Source of the DNA: Octopus sinensis
Taxonomy: Eukaryota
DNA length: 64,000 nt
Reading direction: 5' to 3'
NCBI RefSeq assembly: GCF_006345805.1
Contig: NW_021833243.1
Coordinates: 1 to 64,000, forward strand
Shown here piece by piece: positions 33,555 through 47,374 of this stretch; within the stretch, counting starts at the first letter, position 1, and every line of letters begins with the position of its first letter. Position numbers and translations under genes: made by a program. The notes below the pieces were generated by a model. It saw only the letters and a program-made list of their open reading frames with translations. It had not been told where the DNA came from and ran no database searches.

Positions 33555-34295
33555 TCTGTTGGTAGAACTCGCCCGCGAACGAGAAGCAATTAAGAGAAAG
33601 GACAAGTTCGGTCAGACGAATGAGTGTGGATGTGTCGGGTTCGGGATTGGGGCGGAGGTCGAGAAAGTGTTGAAGTGCACGCAGTCCTTCGTGGTGAGGG
33701 ATGACGGTATAGAGGCTCTGGATGTCCATTGTAAAGAGGAGTTCGGAGGAGCAAGGAGGAAAAGAGAAAGAGTTGAAAAGCCGCAGAGCATGGTTGGTGT
33801 CGTGGATGTGAGAGGGAAGAGACGCCACTAGGGGGGCAAGGACACGGTCGAGGTATTTTGAGATAAGCTCGTTGGGACAGTTACAGGCGGAGACGATGGG
33901 GCGGCCAGGGTTGTTGGGTTTGTGGATTCTGGGGAGGAAGTAAATGGTGGGTGTGCGTGGGGTTCGGACAATGAGGTTGGATGCGGTGTGGGGGAGACGG
34001 GAGGACGAGATGAGGTCGTGGACAGTAGAGGAGACCGTCTGTTAGTAGCTAAGCGTGGGGAGAGGACAGAGGGGAGTAGAAGGACGTGTCATTGAGTTGG
34101 CGGAGCGCCTCGGCCCTGTAGAGGTCCGCGCGCCATACCACCACGACATTAAACCTTGTCGGCCGGTTTAATGACAATGTCAGCGCGCCGTCGAAGGGAA
34201 CGAAGAGCCGAGAGCTCGGCCGGGGAGATGTTGAGGCAGTGGTGGCGCCTAGAGAAGTTGAACCGCTCCAACGCACGCTGACAGGCACCCGCGAA
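33555..34295 (-). pseudogene. PLE RT fragment, same family as 24193-26507
   Basis: DIVIKPADK, VVVWRADLY, YFLPRIHK, GRPIVSAC, HIHDTNH, MDIQSLYTVIPH, LVLSLNCFSF. Confidence 0.88.
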
Positions 34296-34304
34296 AAGAA
34301 TGTA

Positions 34305-34340
<36 letters not shown>

Positions 34341-34742
34341 TGTGTATGCATTCAACAATACATATGTGTGGCTATTCTCAGGCGAAGCCAGATTTATTCT
34401 CTTCTTCAATAGTTTAATTTAGTCTAACATATCCACCTCAGTGCTTAATTTTCTTTTAAAATTCCGGTTCATAATTTGTCGTTCTTTATTTGTCAAACTA
34501 CTAGGACCGACAGATACTCACATACACGCTTTCGCTCTTTCTCATATGCATATAACACGCGAAGAAGAACAGAAACATACTGAAACACACACTTATATGC
34601 ATATAGATGTTCATGTATATTTTTGTGTACACACACACTCACACAATTTTTGTATCTTCCGTCTCTCATTAACCATATACATATATATATATATATATAC
34701 ATGTGCATGTGTGTGAATACATACATATACATACATACATAG

Positions 34743-34830
<88 letters not shown>

Positions 34831-35477
34831 GAAGTAAATATATGGCACAACGAAGTACCGATATTTACTGGAAATAGCGAACGTAATAATACGAGGCTAA
34901 TGTATAGCTTCACCGCGTATGTACTAGCAAAAATGCGTGAGTGCAACAAACTTGAAAAAATTGTCTCACCTCCAGGGAGAACATCTGAAAGATGAAATAC
35001 CTAGAAAAGGATAATGTGGGACCGGGACCGGTTTCAGATTTTTCAAGATATGTCTGCACACATATACTTGATCTATCTTCATCAGCCAAACATATACCAC
35101 GACAACATTCCAGATGTTACCACATTAATGCCAATACACTCGACTGAAACGCTAAACGCTGACAGAACGAGAACAATGAAGAAGTTTCAATAAAATAGTA
35201 ATGCAATACGAGAGTGTGAAGTGACAGGTTCACCACTGTCTGTTTTTGGCATCTAACCAACCACATACACAATCACGCACACACATACACACACATAGAC
35301 ATTAATGCAGTTATATACATACACACACATAGGCACTCATTCACAAAAGAAAACAACAAGATCACCATTCATATGACCTGCACCTTATCACCTTCCTATT
35401 CTTAGGCCTCTCTCCTCCAACCCTTGAACCTTCTAGAATCTTCTACATTCAACCATTTTTGACGTCACTGCTTATAA

Positions 35478-35700
35478 CGGAATATTTTAAAGAAATACTC
35501 ATTATCGCTATGGGCTCCGTGTGGGCAGTCATCTAAAAGTTTTTGTGCATTTTGATTCTGACATAAGTTCCTTGTTTTTCCTGATGAGAAGGCGGCATAA
35601 TGCACCCCTTATTCCTTCGAAATTAGGATTATGCAGCCTTCGAAACATATGTCGAAAATAAAGAAATTTTGTTAATTCGTCGTTCAACTCCATTCTTTCA
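35478..35700 (+). mobile_element. Solo pLTR fragment of the 28.7-kb family
   Basis: Colinear with 28725-28946. Confidence 0.8.
35575..35658 (+). ncRNA. Type I HHR with canonical core
   Basis: ttttc-CTGATGA-gaaggcggcataat...attatgcagccttc-GAAAC-ATAT-GTC-gaaaa; cleavage after 35653. Confidence 0.87.
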
Positions 35701-35722
35701 TTTATATATATACATACACAAA

Positions 35723-36021
35723 GGAAGGCGCATGGCTCAGTGGTTAGAGCGCCTAGCTTACAATCGTGAGGTTGTGAGTTCGATCCCGGCCCGGGCTGCA
35801 TGTTGTGTTCTTCAGCAAGACTTTATTTCACGTTGCTCCAGTTCCTTAGCTGTAGAAATGAGTTGCGACATAACTCTATCGGCCTTTGCCTTACCCTCGG
35901 ATAACATCGGTGGTATGGAGAGGGGAGGCTGGTATGCATGGGCGACTGCGCGGACTTGTACCTGGGAGGGTAACTTTCTAGGTGCAATCTCATGGTCAGT
36001 CATGACCGAAAAGGGTCTCAA
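35723..36021 (+). mobile_element. tRNA-derived CORE SINE with a distinct tail
   Basis: A box tggctcagtgg, B box gagttcgatcc, CORE-like tgtgttcttcagcaagac. Confidence 0.8.
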
Positions 36022-36065
36022 CATATATACACATGGAGATACATATAAAAAGGCATATATACATA

Positions 36066-36260
36066 TACACAGGCATTATCTAACAAACTTTGGGAGTTAA
36101 AAGAAATGGGACATAGTAAGAAAGGCACAGCCTTATAAAAATAGTAGGGATGGATGTGAGCTTTACTCTATGGAGATATATGAAATTTTGAAACATAGGG
36201 ATAATACAAACTTATTAAATAACCGTTTTGAACTAGGAGTATCGTGTTTGCATTGTACTA
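36066..36260 (+). pseudogene. Old PLE GIY-YIG C-terminal remnant
   Basis: LSNKLWELKE / WDIVRKAQPYKNSRDGCELYSMEIYEILKH..NLLNNR parallels the LSK.IW.LK..W.I..KA.PY...C.LC..E...I...LLN.R pattern. Confidence 0.55.
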
Positions 36261-37278
36261 CCCATACCTTTAGATATTTTTAAAAAATAGCATTCTGTTA
36301 TTCCTAAATTTTAGATCTTAATGTATTTTTAAAATTCAATAATGAAATAGCATACCCTGCTAGTTTTTATTATTTAATCAGCAATATTTATTAAGAAATT
36401 TAATAACATAAGCAAATTGAATAAAGTTGAATAAAATTTTTTAAATTTCTATAATTATTACATAAATTCTATATATCTAATGAAGTTATTAAGTTGTATA
36501 CCTAATCCACGATAAGTTTTAAAGATTTGGTAATTTTCATATCTATTTCTGCTAGAATTCTACTCCACCTAATCCTTTTCGATATTATAAATATTACCTC
36601 TAATAAACCTAAATTATTATACCCCATATAACTACACTTCACTCTTAATACAAAATATCAGATTTCCATATAAATTACATATTTCTATTTTCGCTCTTTT
36701 TTAAAATTTATATTTTGGTTACCTCCCTTCCATTGTATTTTAAAGATTTTGGTATGTGAGTCAATTAATGTCTTATTTACTGAGAATCTCCTCATAAAAA
36801 GATTTTCTAAATCTCCTTAATTAATATTCAAAACCTGATAAAAAATAGATAATATCTAAGTTACTTGGTTTCTATTTCTCTAAAACAACTCTACCCTCAT
36901 GATCTTTGTATGTATTAGAAAGCTTTATAAATAGATTATAAATAAATAAATAAGATTTTATAAGTGCCAATAAATAATTATAAATAAGAAGGCCATAGAC
37001 ACACATTAAGCATTGTTATAAATCCGTCTAATAAAGGCCCGAAACATATGTACCGCTGAATCCTTGGCATCATGTTTTTATTTTGATTAATATATATATA
37101 TATGTATATATACATGCATACACCTACATGTACACGAATATTTTTGTACAGTTTCCGGTTGCCAGATTTTCTTCACAAATCATTGGTAGACATCTAAGGC
37201 TGGGACATGTAGAGGCTTCCATATATTTCGGACAGAATAAAAGTTTTATTTTGAAACACAACAACTAAGTCACGTCGT

Positions 37279-37455
37279 AAGGCGGCGAGTGGCACGCCGG
37301 GCAAAATTCTTATCAGTATTTCGTCCGTCTTTACTTCCCAGGTTCAAACACCGTCGAGGTCGAATTTTGTCTTTCATCGTCTAGCGCTGAGATCGATGAA
37401 AGCGACTTAGACTCTCATCCGAAATTGCTGGCGTTGTGCCAAAATTTGAAACCAT
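37279..37455 (+). mobile_element. Meta-like SINE
   Basis: Head aaggcggcgagtggca and tail tgtgccaaaatttgaaacc. Confidence 0.75.
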
Positions 37456-37721
37456 TAATAGTATCTTCCTGCTGTGTGGCGACCAGCATGCCAAAGAATA
37501 AGACCCAACGTTTCCTCAGTGTATCGTAAAAGGCTACTAAACGAGCTCGAGGTAGGATTAACACCCCAGCATCATAAAACCCTCACTAACCACAACTATC
37601 CAAACACACCAATGGGTTGGTGGGGTGTTGCTTGAGTGGTGCAGAGGTATCATCCGCCAGAAGGAAGGAATCCACCATTTGTCAATAATGGATGCAGTAA
37701 CTAGCTGTTACAGCGCATCTC

Positions 37722-37854
37722 CTCATACTACAATTACTACTTCCCTACTACTACAACTACTACTATTACTACTACTACTACTACTACTACTACCCCCACT
37801 ACCCCCACTAATACAACTACTACTACTACCCCCACTACTACCACCACCACCACC

Positions 37855-37898
<44 letters not shown>

Positions 37899-37950
37899 GA
37901 CTACTGCTGCTGCTGCTGCTGCTGCTACTACTACTACTACTACTACTAGA
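37722..37950. repeat. (CTA)n/(CCA)n/(CTG)n trinucleotide array
   Basis: Direct reading. Confidence 0.93.
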
Positions 37951-38300
37951 AACTTCGTTCAAAATGCATACCGGCATCTCTTCGGTTGAAATCCTGATCA
38001 GTTCGTATATGCCTTCTATCCTTTCGGGATCGATAAAATAAATACCAGTTGACTGCTGGTGTCCACTGTTACTATACTATTAGTAACTTCGTTAAATTAG
38101 TGAACTGGGTTGCCAGAATTGGTAGTACGTCGGACAAAATGCTGGACGGCATTTCTTCCGGCTTACATTCTGAGTCTAAGTTCTTCCGAGGTCGACATTT
38201 CCTTTCATCGTTTCGTATTTGATAAAATAACTAACATTTACCCTATTCCAACCGTGCCCACCAAGCCCGAGCTTCAGTCCTTGTGGCTATACTAGAAAGA
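37950..38300 (+). mobile_element. Two degenerate Meta-like SINE pieces
   Basis: cctttcgggatcgataaaata and gaggtcgacatttcctttcatc. Confidence 0.6.
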
Positions 38301-38430
38301 ATTGTTAGTAACTTCGTTTTTCAAAGACAAAACTGTGATTATCTTCGGCAATGTTTATTTTACCACAGGAACTAATAAGAAGAAACCATAAATTGCAGAA
38401 ACCACAAATCTACATTAGGGCGGTCGTGTG

Positions 38431-38472
<42 letters not shown>

Positions 38473-38649
38473 TAATATATATACAGATGAGTATATGTGT
38501 GTGTATGTATATATATATATATATTTATATATGTATATATGTATATACATATATATGTATATATATATGAATATATATACGTGTGTATATATATATATAT
38601 ATGTATATATATATGTATATATATGCGTATATGTATATATATATGTATG

Positions 38650-38681
<32 letters not shown>

Positions 38682-39013
38682 AATCAAAGTAAGGGTGAAA
38701 AAATTGGATATTAATTTAATAACATTAATTTAACACCAGGTGGTTTAGCGCATAAAAACCTGAGATTCAGTAAATATTTATACACAAATATGAGAGAGAA
38801 TCTACTATGTGGACGCTCTTTCGCTAAAAATAGATCCTCAATTTGTATATATATATATATTCATATATAAATATATATTATAGATGTATCTATCTCGCTA
38901 CCTGTCTATGTATGTATGTAGTATGTATGTATGTATGTATGTATGTATGTATGTATGTATGTATGTATCTATCTACATATATCTTTGTATTTACACACAC
39001 ACACACACACACA

Positions 39014-39057
<44 letters not shown>

Positions 39058-39841
39058 AATATTTGAGAAGCGGTGTATTTAGTACACTATACATTAAAGG
39101 TATGTGTGTGTATTTATGTGAATGTATATGCATATTCTCACACACACACATACGTACACATAAGCAATACGCCCGTATAGGAACGGTACTAAGGCAAATA
39201 TTGATTTTGGCAACCTGACAAAGAGCAGAGAAGCATTTCGGTGCAAGTCAAGTAGGCTGAGTTGAATGAATAGTAGGAAGGTGGCCGCACACTGGCCCAC
39301 GGGTGTTTAGTCGAGCGACTGACATCTTATCTTTTCTGTCATCTTGACTCGCCGACCGTAAGGAAAGGCAGGAAATAAATCATCAAAAACAAAGATATGA
39401 AAGACTGAATTCAGATACAAAAATACGAGTTCATTCCATGTACAGTTACCGAAACACCAACACAACGTATATGCGATTAAGTTTGTAAACAGGCGTATTG
39501 ATAGCCTAGCTGTCGAAGTAGGTTCAGTGTGTAAGCTATGCAAGGCTAAGTAATTGCCTGGGAGAAAGATGAAGGCGACTAGTGAATCGATAACCCGTCG
39601 GGTTTCCTTGAAGTCATTAATGAATGTCTTTTTATAATATAAAAGAATGGTAACTAAATTCTCTCAGCAGACTGAAGTAAAAAGAAAAGTAACTGAATCC
39701 TGACTAAGGCTTTAAAAATAATTGGATGTAATTAGTTGACTAGTGAACTGGGTCATTGTCACTGTTTACTGATATTCTTATTCTTGTAAACTGTTTACAA
39801 ATTCAAAACAAAATGGTGTTGTACAGAAGTAAATAATCTTT

Positions 39842-40232
39842 TCTACTCTAGGCACAAGGCCCGGAATTTTGGGGGAGGGGGCCAGTCGATTAGATCGACC
39901 CTAGTACGAAAATGGTACTTAATTTATCGGCGCCGAAAGGATGAAAGGCAAAGTCGACCTCGGCGGAATTTGAACTCAGAACGTAGAGACAGACGAAATA
40001 CCTATTTTTTTACTACCCACAAAAGGCTAAACATAGAGGGGACAAACAAGGGCAGACAAACAGATTAAGTCGATTACATCGACCCCAGTGCGTAACAGAT
40101 ACTTAATTTATCGACCCCGAAAGGATGATAGGCAAAGTCGACCTCGGCGGAATTTGAACTCAGAACGTAACGGCAGACGAAATACGGCTACGCATTTCGC
40201 CCGGCGTGCTAACGATTCTGCCAGCTCGCCGG
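39842..40232 (-). mobile_element. Meta-like SINE with duplicated body plus an adjacent partial copy
   Basis: Same body-tail-body junction as 9751-10160. Confidence 0.85.
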
Positions 40233-41689
40233 CTTTGCACAAGTAGATAGTACCGAGGCAATGTTGACGCGTCTTATTAATAAATTATTTAGCGTTATTG
40301 TTTCGAAGTACGAAAACAGATAAAAGAGGTGCGTAAGTAAATTATTTCGTCTACCAACTGACTGGCTGTTGTTGTTGCTTAAGGGCAACTATGCTTTGAT
40401 CGAGATGGTTATCACCGAAGTATCCCATCGAGGAACATCCCATCTTTTGTTTTTTTCAGCCCCAGTCTATCTCGGAATGCATTACCCATTGTATTCTTTT
40501 TCAAACTGGTACGATGTCGTTTTAGAGAGACATACCTACTATTTATTACAGATCAAGTGATCACGTAGGGGCTCCTTCATTGGCTTGTAGTTTATTAGTT
40601 ATTGATGTGAAATCTCCCTCAAATGGCAACGTATGATCTTAGACACAGGGCATAACGTGATTCTAGTTTTTTTTGTATTTACTTATGTGCAAAAAACGGT
40701 ATGTTTTCGGTTGGAGTGTGGAACCTATCTTTACGTTCTGAGTTCAAATTCCGCTGAGGTGGACGTTGCTTGGGTTAATGTAATCGGCTTATACCCCACA
40801 CCCAAAATTGCTGGCCTTGTTTCAAAATTTGAAATCAGTATTATTCAGTGGCTTCCTTGTCAAGGTTCAACAAAATTAAATACACCACAAAAAATTGCTG
40901 CAGACACTCGCGCACACACTCATACACAGATACACATACATAGGTATGCGTACATATATAGATACATACACACACACATATACACTCAAACATACACGCG
41001 TCTGTGCGCACGTATATACATTCTGTCACATACATATACACAGAGAGATCCATATAAACACTATTTCATATGTAAAAATAGCATTTCGACCGCTAATATT
41101 TTGTATGACTTTGGCACAAGTCCACAAACTTTGAGGGGGAAAAGTCCAGAAAATTTGAGGAGAAAAAGCTAGTAGACTACAGCGACCCCAGTACCCGAGT
41201 GGTGCTTTGTTTTACTACTCAGACAGGACCAAAGTCAAAGAGGGACTTGGCGGAATTTGAACTCAGAACATATAGAGCCGGAAATGTTTCGAAAGTAGGT
41301 CAATTAAGATGTACCTATCGTCCCACTACCTATCCCTGTTCCCAGTATCCGTATTTAGTTCTCCACCCGCCAATACCCCAAGAGGCGATATCACTCATTT
41401 TGAGAGGACGAATTTAAAACAGTAATTGCTATTAAAACCCGTTGCGTTTTCGCCACGCAAAACCCGTTCCTACATGAACCCACTGGGAAGCATCTGACTG
41501 AGCCTACGAAATGTTCAGTAGGTAGTCGACCCCGTAACTAACAGCTGCATACTGTCCTTCTCTTCCAGATTATGAAAGCTTACCATAACGCTTACTCTAA
41601 ATATAGTGAAATTTCAAGATTTCCTGTTTCTTATAAGGCGTATGTAGGTTAAGGTAGGCGTTAATACTGGCATTCCGCCGGTTACGGAG

Positions 41690-41968
41690 GCGACGATTCC
41701 CTGTTCATCAGACCAGTTGAATAGCCTGCTCTTGAAATTAAGATGCAAGTGGCTGAGTGCTCCACAAACACGTGTTCTCAAGGAGATTCAGCGTGATACA
41801 CAATGTGACAAGGCTGGCTCTTTGAATTACTTATTTTTGCCAGCTGAGTGAACTGGAGCAACGAGAAATAAAGTGTCTTGATCAAAGACACAATGCGCTG
41901 CTGAGAGTCGAACTCACAACCTTGTGAGTGTGAGCCAAATACTCTAACCACTAAGCCATATGTCTTCA
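41690..41968 (-). mobile_element. tRNA-CORE SINE with gtgacaaggctgg-type tail
   Basis: Head ctctaaccactaagcca; tail module shared with 29590-29825. Confidence 0.75.
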
Positions 41969-42074
41969 GCTGTTGACGTCAAGTGTATATAAGACTGACG
42001 GAAGGAAGGATTATTTCACACTTACTCCGTCCCTTAGTTTTACACTGTTCTATATTTTAGAGACGAGGAATTCT

Positions 42075-42258
42075 GTACCTTATTTACATTGGACTGATAT
42101 GTCTCCTCATCTTTTTGTTACCACGACGTTTCGGCTGATTTTCTCTCCACCCTTCATCAGGTGTCCTGGTAGAATTTCGAACCCAACCCTGGGTTCTCAT
42201 TCCTAAGATATTTTTTACTGATGTTATTGTTATTGTTATTATTATTATTATTATTATT

Positions 42259-42294
<36 letters not shown>

Positions 42295-42588
42295 ATTTAT
42301 TCAAAACACTGCCTGGAATTGAACTCGCAATCTGGAGGTTAGTAACCCGCACTCTTAACCATTACGCTGTATGTCCGTGGGCAATTATAAGGTTTATAAC
42401 CCATAAAATTCACTCTATAATTCCTCACGAGTTCAATTCTAGGCAGCGCTTGAAAAAATAATTATAATAACATCAGCCAAAAATTACCTTAGGAATGTGA
42501 ACCCAGGGTTGTGTTCAAAATTCTACAAGGACACCTGATGAAGGCTGGAGAGTAAATCAGCCGAAACGTCTAATGTAAATAATGTACC
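42075..42588. mobile_element. Head-to-head pair of a tRNA-box plus HHR element
   Basis: Minus copy 42421 to 42075 has A/B boxes at 42310-42376; plus copy 42425-42588; arms are complementary. Confidence 0.8.
42122..42166 (-). ncRNA. Minimal type I HHR (mirror at 42529-42570 lacks the 3' strand of stem I)
   Basis: cac-CTGATGA-a-gg(g/c)tg...cagcc-GAAAC-GTC-gtg. Confidence 0.7.
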
Positions 42589-43233
42589 CTAGTTTTACAG
42601 CATTATCTGATCCTTTTTATAGAGTCCACACTGTTGTAGTCATTTGGGCCGGCTTTCCAGTCAAGTCTGATCAAGGCTGACATGGGGATAAACAGCAACA
42701 GCAAGAAGAAGAAAAAGAAGAGCAACAACAACAACAGTCTTGAAGTCAGCAATGAATTTATTTTTATAATATAAAGAACAATAACTAAATTTTTTCGACA
42801 AAGTTAAGAAAAAATAACCGAATCCTGACTATGGCTTTAAAATTGGATCAAACTGATTGATTCGTGAACTGTCTCGTTCTCACTGTTTAGTGAGCTTCAT
42901 GTAAATCTGATTACAAATTTATTAGAAAGATAGTGTTGTACAGAAATCAATAATGCGGAGGTAATGTTAGCGGGTCTCACTGATGAGCCATCTAACACAA
43001 GGCCTTAATTGATCCGAGGCTATAGTATATGATAAATAAATTGTTGAAGGAATCGTACTGTGAGAACGAACTTGAAGTAACGTAATTGCCAAGGAAGCTT
43101 CATAACCACGTGGTCATTCTAAAGCACATCGTCTTGTCTTTCTGGCTCCCTTCTTAGATTATAACTTTCACTGACAGAACTAATGACGATAAATGACAAC
43201 ATCACCTCGTGGGATATGCCTCCATTTTTGCAC

Positions 43234-43336
<103 letters not shown>

Positions 43337-43424
43337 ATATGTACTTTTTTTTACACACATACATACACATATGTATATTATATATAATACATCAACAAGA
43401 AGGTCGATATAGCTCGTAGGATGA

Positions 43425-44360
43425 AAAATGCAACTGAACGAGGGAAAATTTGAGCTGATGCATTTTGGAAGAAACTCCTCACTAAAACAACCATACTCTC
43501 TTCCTTCAGGGGAACCGCTCACAACCTCTAACAATATCAGAGACCTGGGTGTAATTGTTGATGACGATCTCAGTTGGAGTGCACACATCATCAAGAAGGT
43601 CGATATAGCTCGTAGGATGAGTTCCTGGATTTTAAGAACTTTCCGGTTCAGAGAACAAGGTGTCATCATACCACTTTTTTCCTCCTTTGTACGGCCACAC
43701 CTTGAATACTGCTGCCCACTGTGGTCTCCTCACACAAGACAAAACATCTCCAGAATTGAGTCACCCCAGAGGGCACTCACTAAACGAATTGAAGCCATGG
43801 CTGCTCTCAATTATTGGGATCGCCTTAAAGCCTTGAAACTTTACTCCCTCCAGCGTCGCCGTGAGCGGTACATCATTTGTACGATGTGGAAAATATACCG
43901 CCAACTATGCCCAAACGACCTAAACATTAGCTTCAAGGTTCATCCGAGACTTGGACCACGGGCTATACGTCCCCTGCCCAATTCAAGATCACAACATACA
44001 TGTACACTGCAACATAATTTTTTTCCTCAACAGGCCCTGCCCTATTTAACATTGTCCCGAGAGAGATCAAAGAGGAAAAGGATCCCATCAACTTTAAACA
44101 GAGTCTGGATAGATTCCTTCAAAGAATACCAGATAAGCCACCCATAATTGGATACAACTGACCCAACAAGAACTCACTACTTGAACAAAACTGGATACAA
44201 CTCACCCAACAAGAACTCACTACTTGAACAAAACTTGACTTAAACAAAACTTGACTTAAACAGGATTCGAATAATCCTATCAGGTGGTGCTATTAAGTTA
44301 GACATGGCCTGGACCAATCTTTGGTCGAAACATATCTAAGTTTAAGTTTATCTAAGTTTA
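43425..44360 (+). mobile_element. CR1-group LINE 3' fragment
   Basis: MQLNEGKF, RDLGVIV, VRPHLEYC, LYSLQRRRERY; 3' stem-loop gaccaa-tct-ttggtc-gaaac; tandem duplications at 44143-44260. Confidence 0.9.
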
Positions 44361-44397
44361 TATATATGTATATATATACATATATACATATATATAC

Positions 44398-44436
<39 letters not shown>

Positions 44437-44519
44437 CATATACATACACACACATATACATACATACATACATACACACATATATACACATATATATACA
44501 TACACACTCATATAATCTT

Positions 44520-44805
44520 TTATTCTTTTACTTGACCTAGTCATTTGACTGCAGCCATGCTGGAGCCCCGCCTTTAGTCGAGCTAATCGATCACAGAACT
44601 TATTTCTTGTAATCCAATCCTAGTACTTATTCGATCGGTCTCTATTGCCGAACGCTAAGTTACGGGGACGAAAATACACCAACATCAGTTGACAAGTGAT
44701 GGTGGGAAGACAAACACATACACACAAACACACACACACACACACACACACGCATATATATATGTACACGCACATATATATAAAAATACATACATACGTT
44801 CAAAC

Positions 44806-44836
<31 letters not shown>

Positions 44837-45240
44837 TATATATAGATTTATACGATAGTATATATATATACTAGACGAGCTGGCAGAAACGTTAGCGCGC
44901 CGGGCGAAATGCTTAGTAGTATTTCGTCTGTCGATACGTTCTGAGTTCAAATTCCGCCGTGGTCGACTTTCAGCCTTTTGGGGTCGATAAATACAGTACC
45001 AGTTTCGCCCTGGGGTCGATGTAATCAACTTAATCCCTTTGTCTGTTCTTGTTTGTCCCCTCTAAGTTTAGCCCCTTTTGGGTACTAAAGAAATATATAT
45101 ATATACGATAGTCTTCTTTCAGTTTCTATCTACCAACTGCACTCACAAGGCTTTGGTCGGCTCGGAACTTATGTAGAAGTTGGCACACAATGGGATTGGA
45201 TCTAGAAACCATGTGACAGGGAAGCAAACTTCTTGCGATG
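44520..45240 (-). mobile_element. CORE SINE with a Meta-like SINE (+, 44874-45093) nested in its internal microsatellite
   Basis: Tail 44520-44720, head 45110-45240. Confidence 0.78.
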
Positions 45241-45719
45241 CTGCCTACTAACACCTGTATTATACGTGTGTTACACAGCGAACATTCACTGACGGAGGCC
45301 CCACAAGTACAGGGAACCGTTAAAGAGTTAGCTGAGATCCCTTGTAGATATCTATTCCGGATTTTTACGTTCTGCCGGCAATGCTTGCGACAACACTGGT
45401 GCCAAATTGCATCGGCCAACGTCGGCAGCTTTTCCCTTGGATGTTAGGATACACATCAGCTGACTTCTCTATACACTTTCCCCTCGACTTACGACCTATG
45501 CGACTTACGAACATCCGCACTTACAACCACATTTTTCGTACGTCGGGCAACTACATTTATAATAACTAAGGCAGCATCTGGCAACGCAGGTCTCCCTCCG
45601 ACTCAGTCATCCACTGTTTGCCACTGTCTCTTACTCGATAATAATATGTCGAGGAGAAGGTGTATATGCAATTATCAGCTTTCCTCATAAGGTCTTGCTC
45701 TAAGTATATGTAATCTTTT

Positions 45720-46060
45720 ATTCTTTTACATGTTTCAGTGATATGACTATGGCCATGCTAGAGCACCGTCTTTAGTCGAACAAATCGACTCCAGGATTTA
45801 TTCTTTGTAAGCCTAGTACTTATTTTATCGGTCACTTTTGCCGAACCGCTAGGGTACGGAGACGTAAACCCACTGACATCGGTTGTCAAGTGATGTTGGT
45901 GGTGGGGGGACATATGTTTGTGTGTATGTGTTTGTCTCCTCATCATTGCCTGTCAACCGATGTTGGTGCATTTACGTCCCCCATAACTTCGACAATAGAG
46001 ACCGATAGAATAAGTACACACACAAATACATGCATGCATACATACATAAATACATACATC

Positions 46061-46158
<98 letters not shown>

Positions 46159-46312
46159 CGATGGGTTTCTTTCAGTTTTCGTCTACCAAATCCACTTACA
46201 AGGCTTGGTCGACCCGTGGTATAGTAGAAGACACTTGTCCAAGGTGCTACGCAGTGGACTTTACCCGGAACCATGTGGTTGGTAAGCAAGCTTCTTACTA
46301 CACAGCTGCTGA
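45720..46312 (-). mobile_element. CORE SINE with expanded internal microsatellite
   Basis: Tail tttcagt..catagtc..gcaccg and head aagacacttgtccaaggtg. Confidence 0.75.
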
Positions 46313-46793
46313 ACATAAACAGGTGGAGGCCTTACATATTCTTAGGCGTGTGGCTTTGCGTTTTTACACAAGACTTTGAAATCTCGTTTATTTAACTGCT
46401 TTAATTTGTAACCAAATTTTTGTTGAGAAACTTACTTGCAATATATATTAGATTTGTCTCCTATCTGTTTACCGATACAAAAAGACAAAAACTAAATTCG
46501 TTACATATTTAAGTACCAATCTTTATTGGTTCCTTGTTGTCTCTGAAATGGGATTAATAAAAATAAAAATAGCGATAAAAAAAATAAGAAGAGAAACAGG
46601 AAGCAAATCTGAAAAATGGTTGTTTGAATAGTTTTGTGAAGACTTTGTAGGCTGGAAGTGAAATAATCAGCGAGCGAGCTTTTCGGTAATTGAAAACTGA
46701 CATTGAATGATAAACTGCGAAGAGGGAACGACGAAAAGAATATTTGAAATTCTTCTCCACCTTTAAGTCTTTTTCTGTTAGCGTGTATGTGTT

Positions 46794-46835
<42 letters not shown>

Positions 46836-47374
46836 CGCACGAGCGTCGACATGCAAACAAAAGAAGGGAGAGAGAGAAAGACATTAAGAAAATGGAAGCG
46901 AAACAAAAACAAACAAACAATAACAACGATACCAAACAAAAGCAACAATAACGAAACAAAAACAGTACAAATAAAACCATGTAAATGATATGGTACCCCC
47001 AAAGGATAAAAGATGATATATGGCACTGAAGAAGAAAAACAAAACAAAAAGACACCAAGAAAAACAAAATATGGAAAAAGAAAAAAAGGCCGATAGATCG
47101 CTGGGTTAAATATTCAGGTGGGAATTTTACTGGAAGTTTTCGTGTTAGATGATGTTTTGATTTTTGTGTGATTTCAGCTTCTTTGGACGTTTATTGATTT
47201 TCATTGTTTTTGTTTTTGCTGTTGTTGGTTTTGCTAAGAAAACCTGTGAAATTGTTTCGAAGCAGAATTTGATTTTTGAAGCAAATACGAAAATATACAG
47301 AGAAATCTTGAAAGAACAAAAAAACAAAGGAGAAAGCCAATGTATGTATGTAACAAGATGTATGTACACAAGAT

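Noticed and set aside
35727-35795. tRNA gene (also at 8121, 47378 and 42310-42376)
   Set aside because: A/B boxes are present but there is no closed acceptor stem, and each continues into a SINE body.
37024-37056. HHR-like ctaataa-aggccc-gaaacatatgta
   Set aside because: Both core G residues are mutated and stem II has collapsed; relic only.
45475-45545. pogo/Tigger-like terminal motif (cgacttacga repeats)
   Set aside because: Only one end is visible and there is no transposase; too little to annotate.
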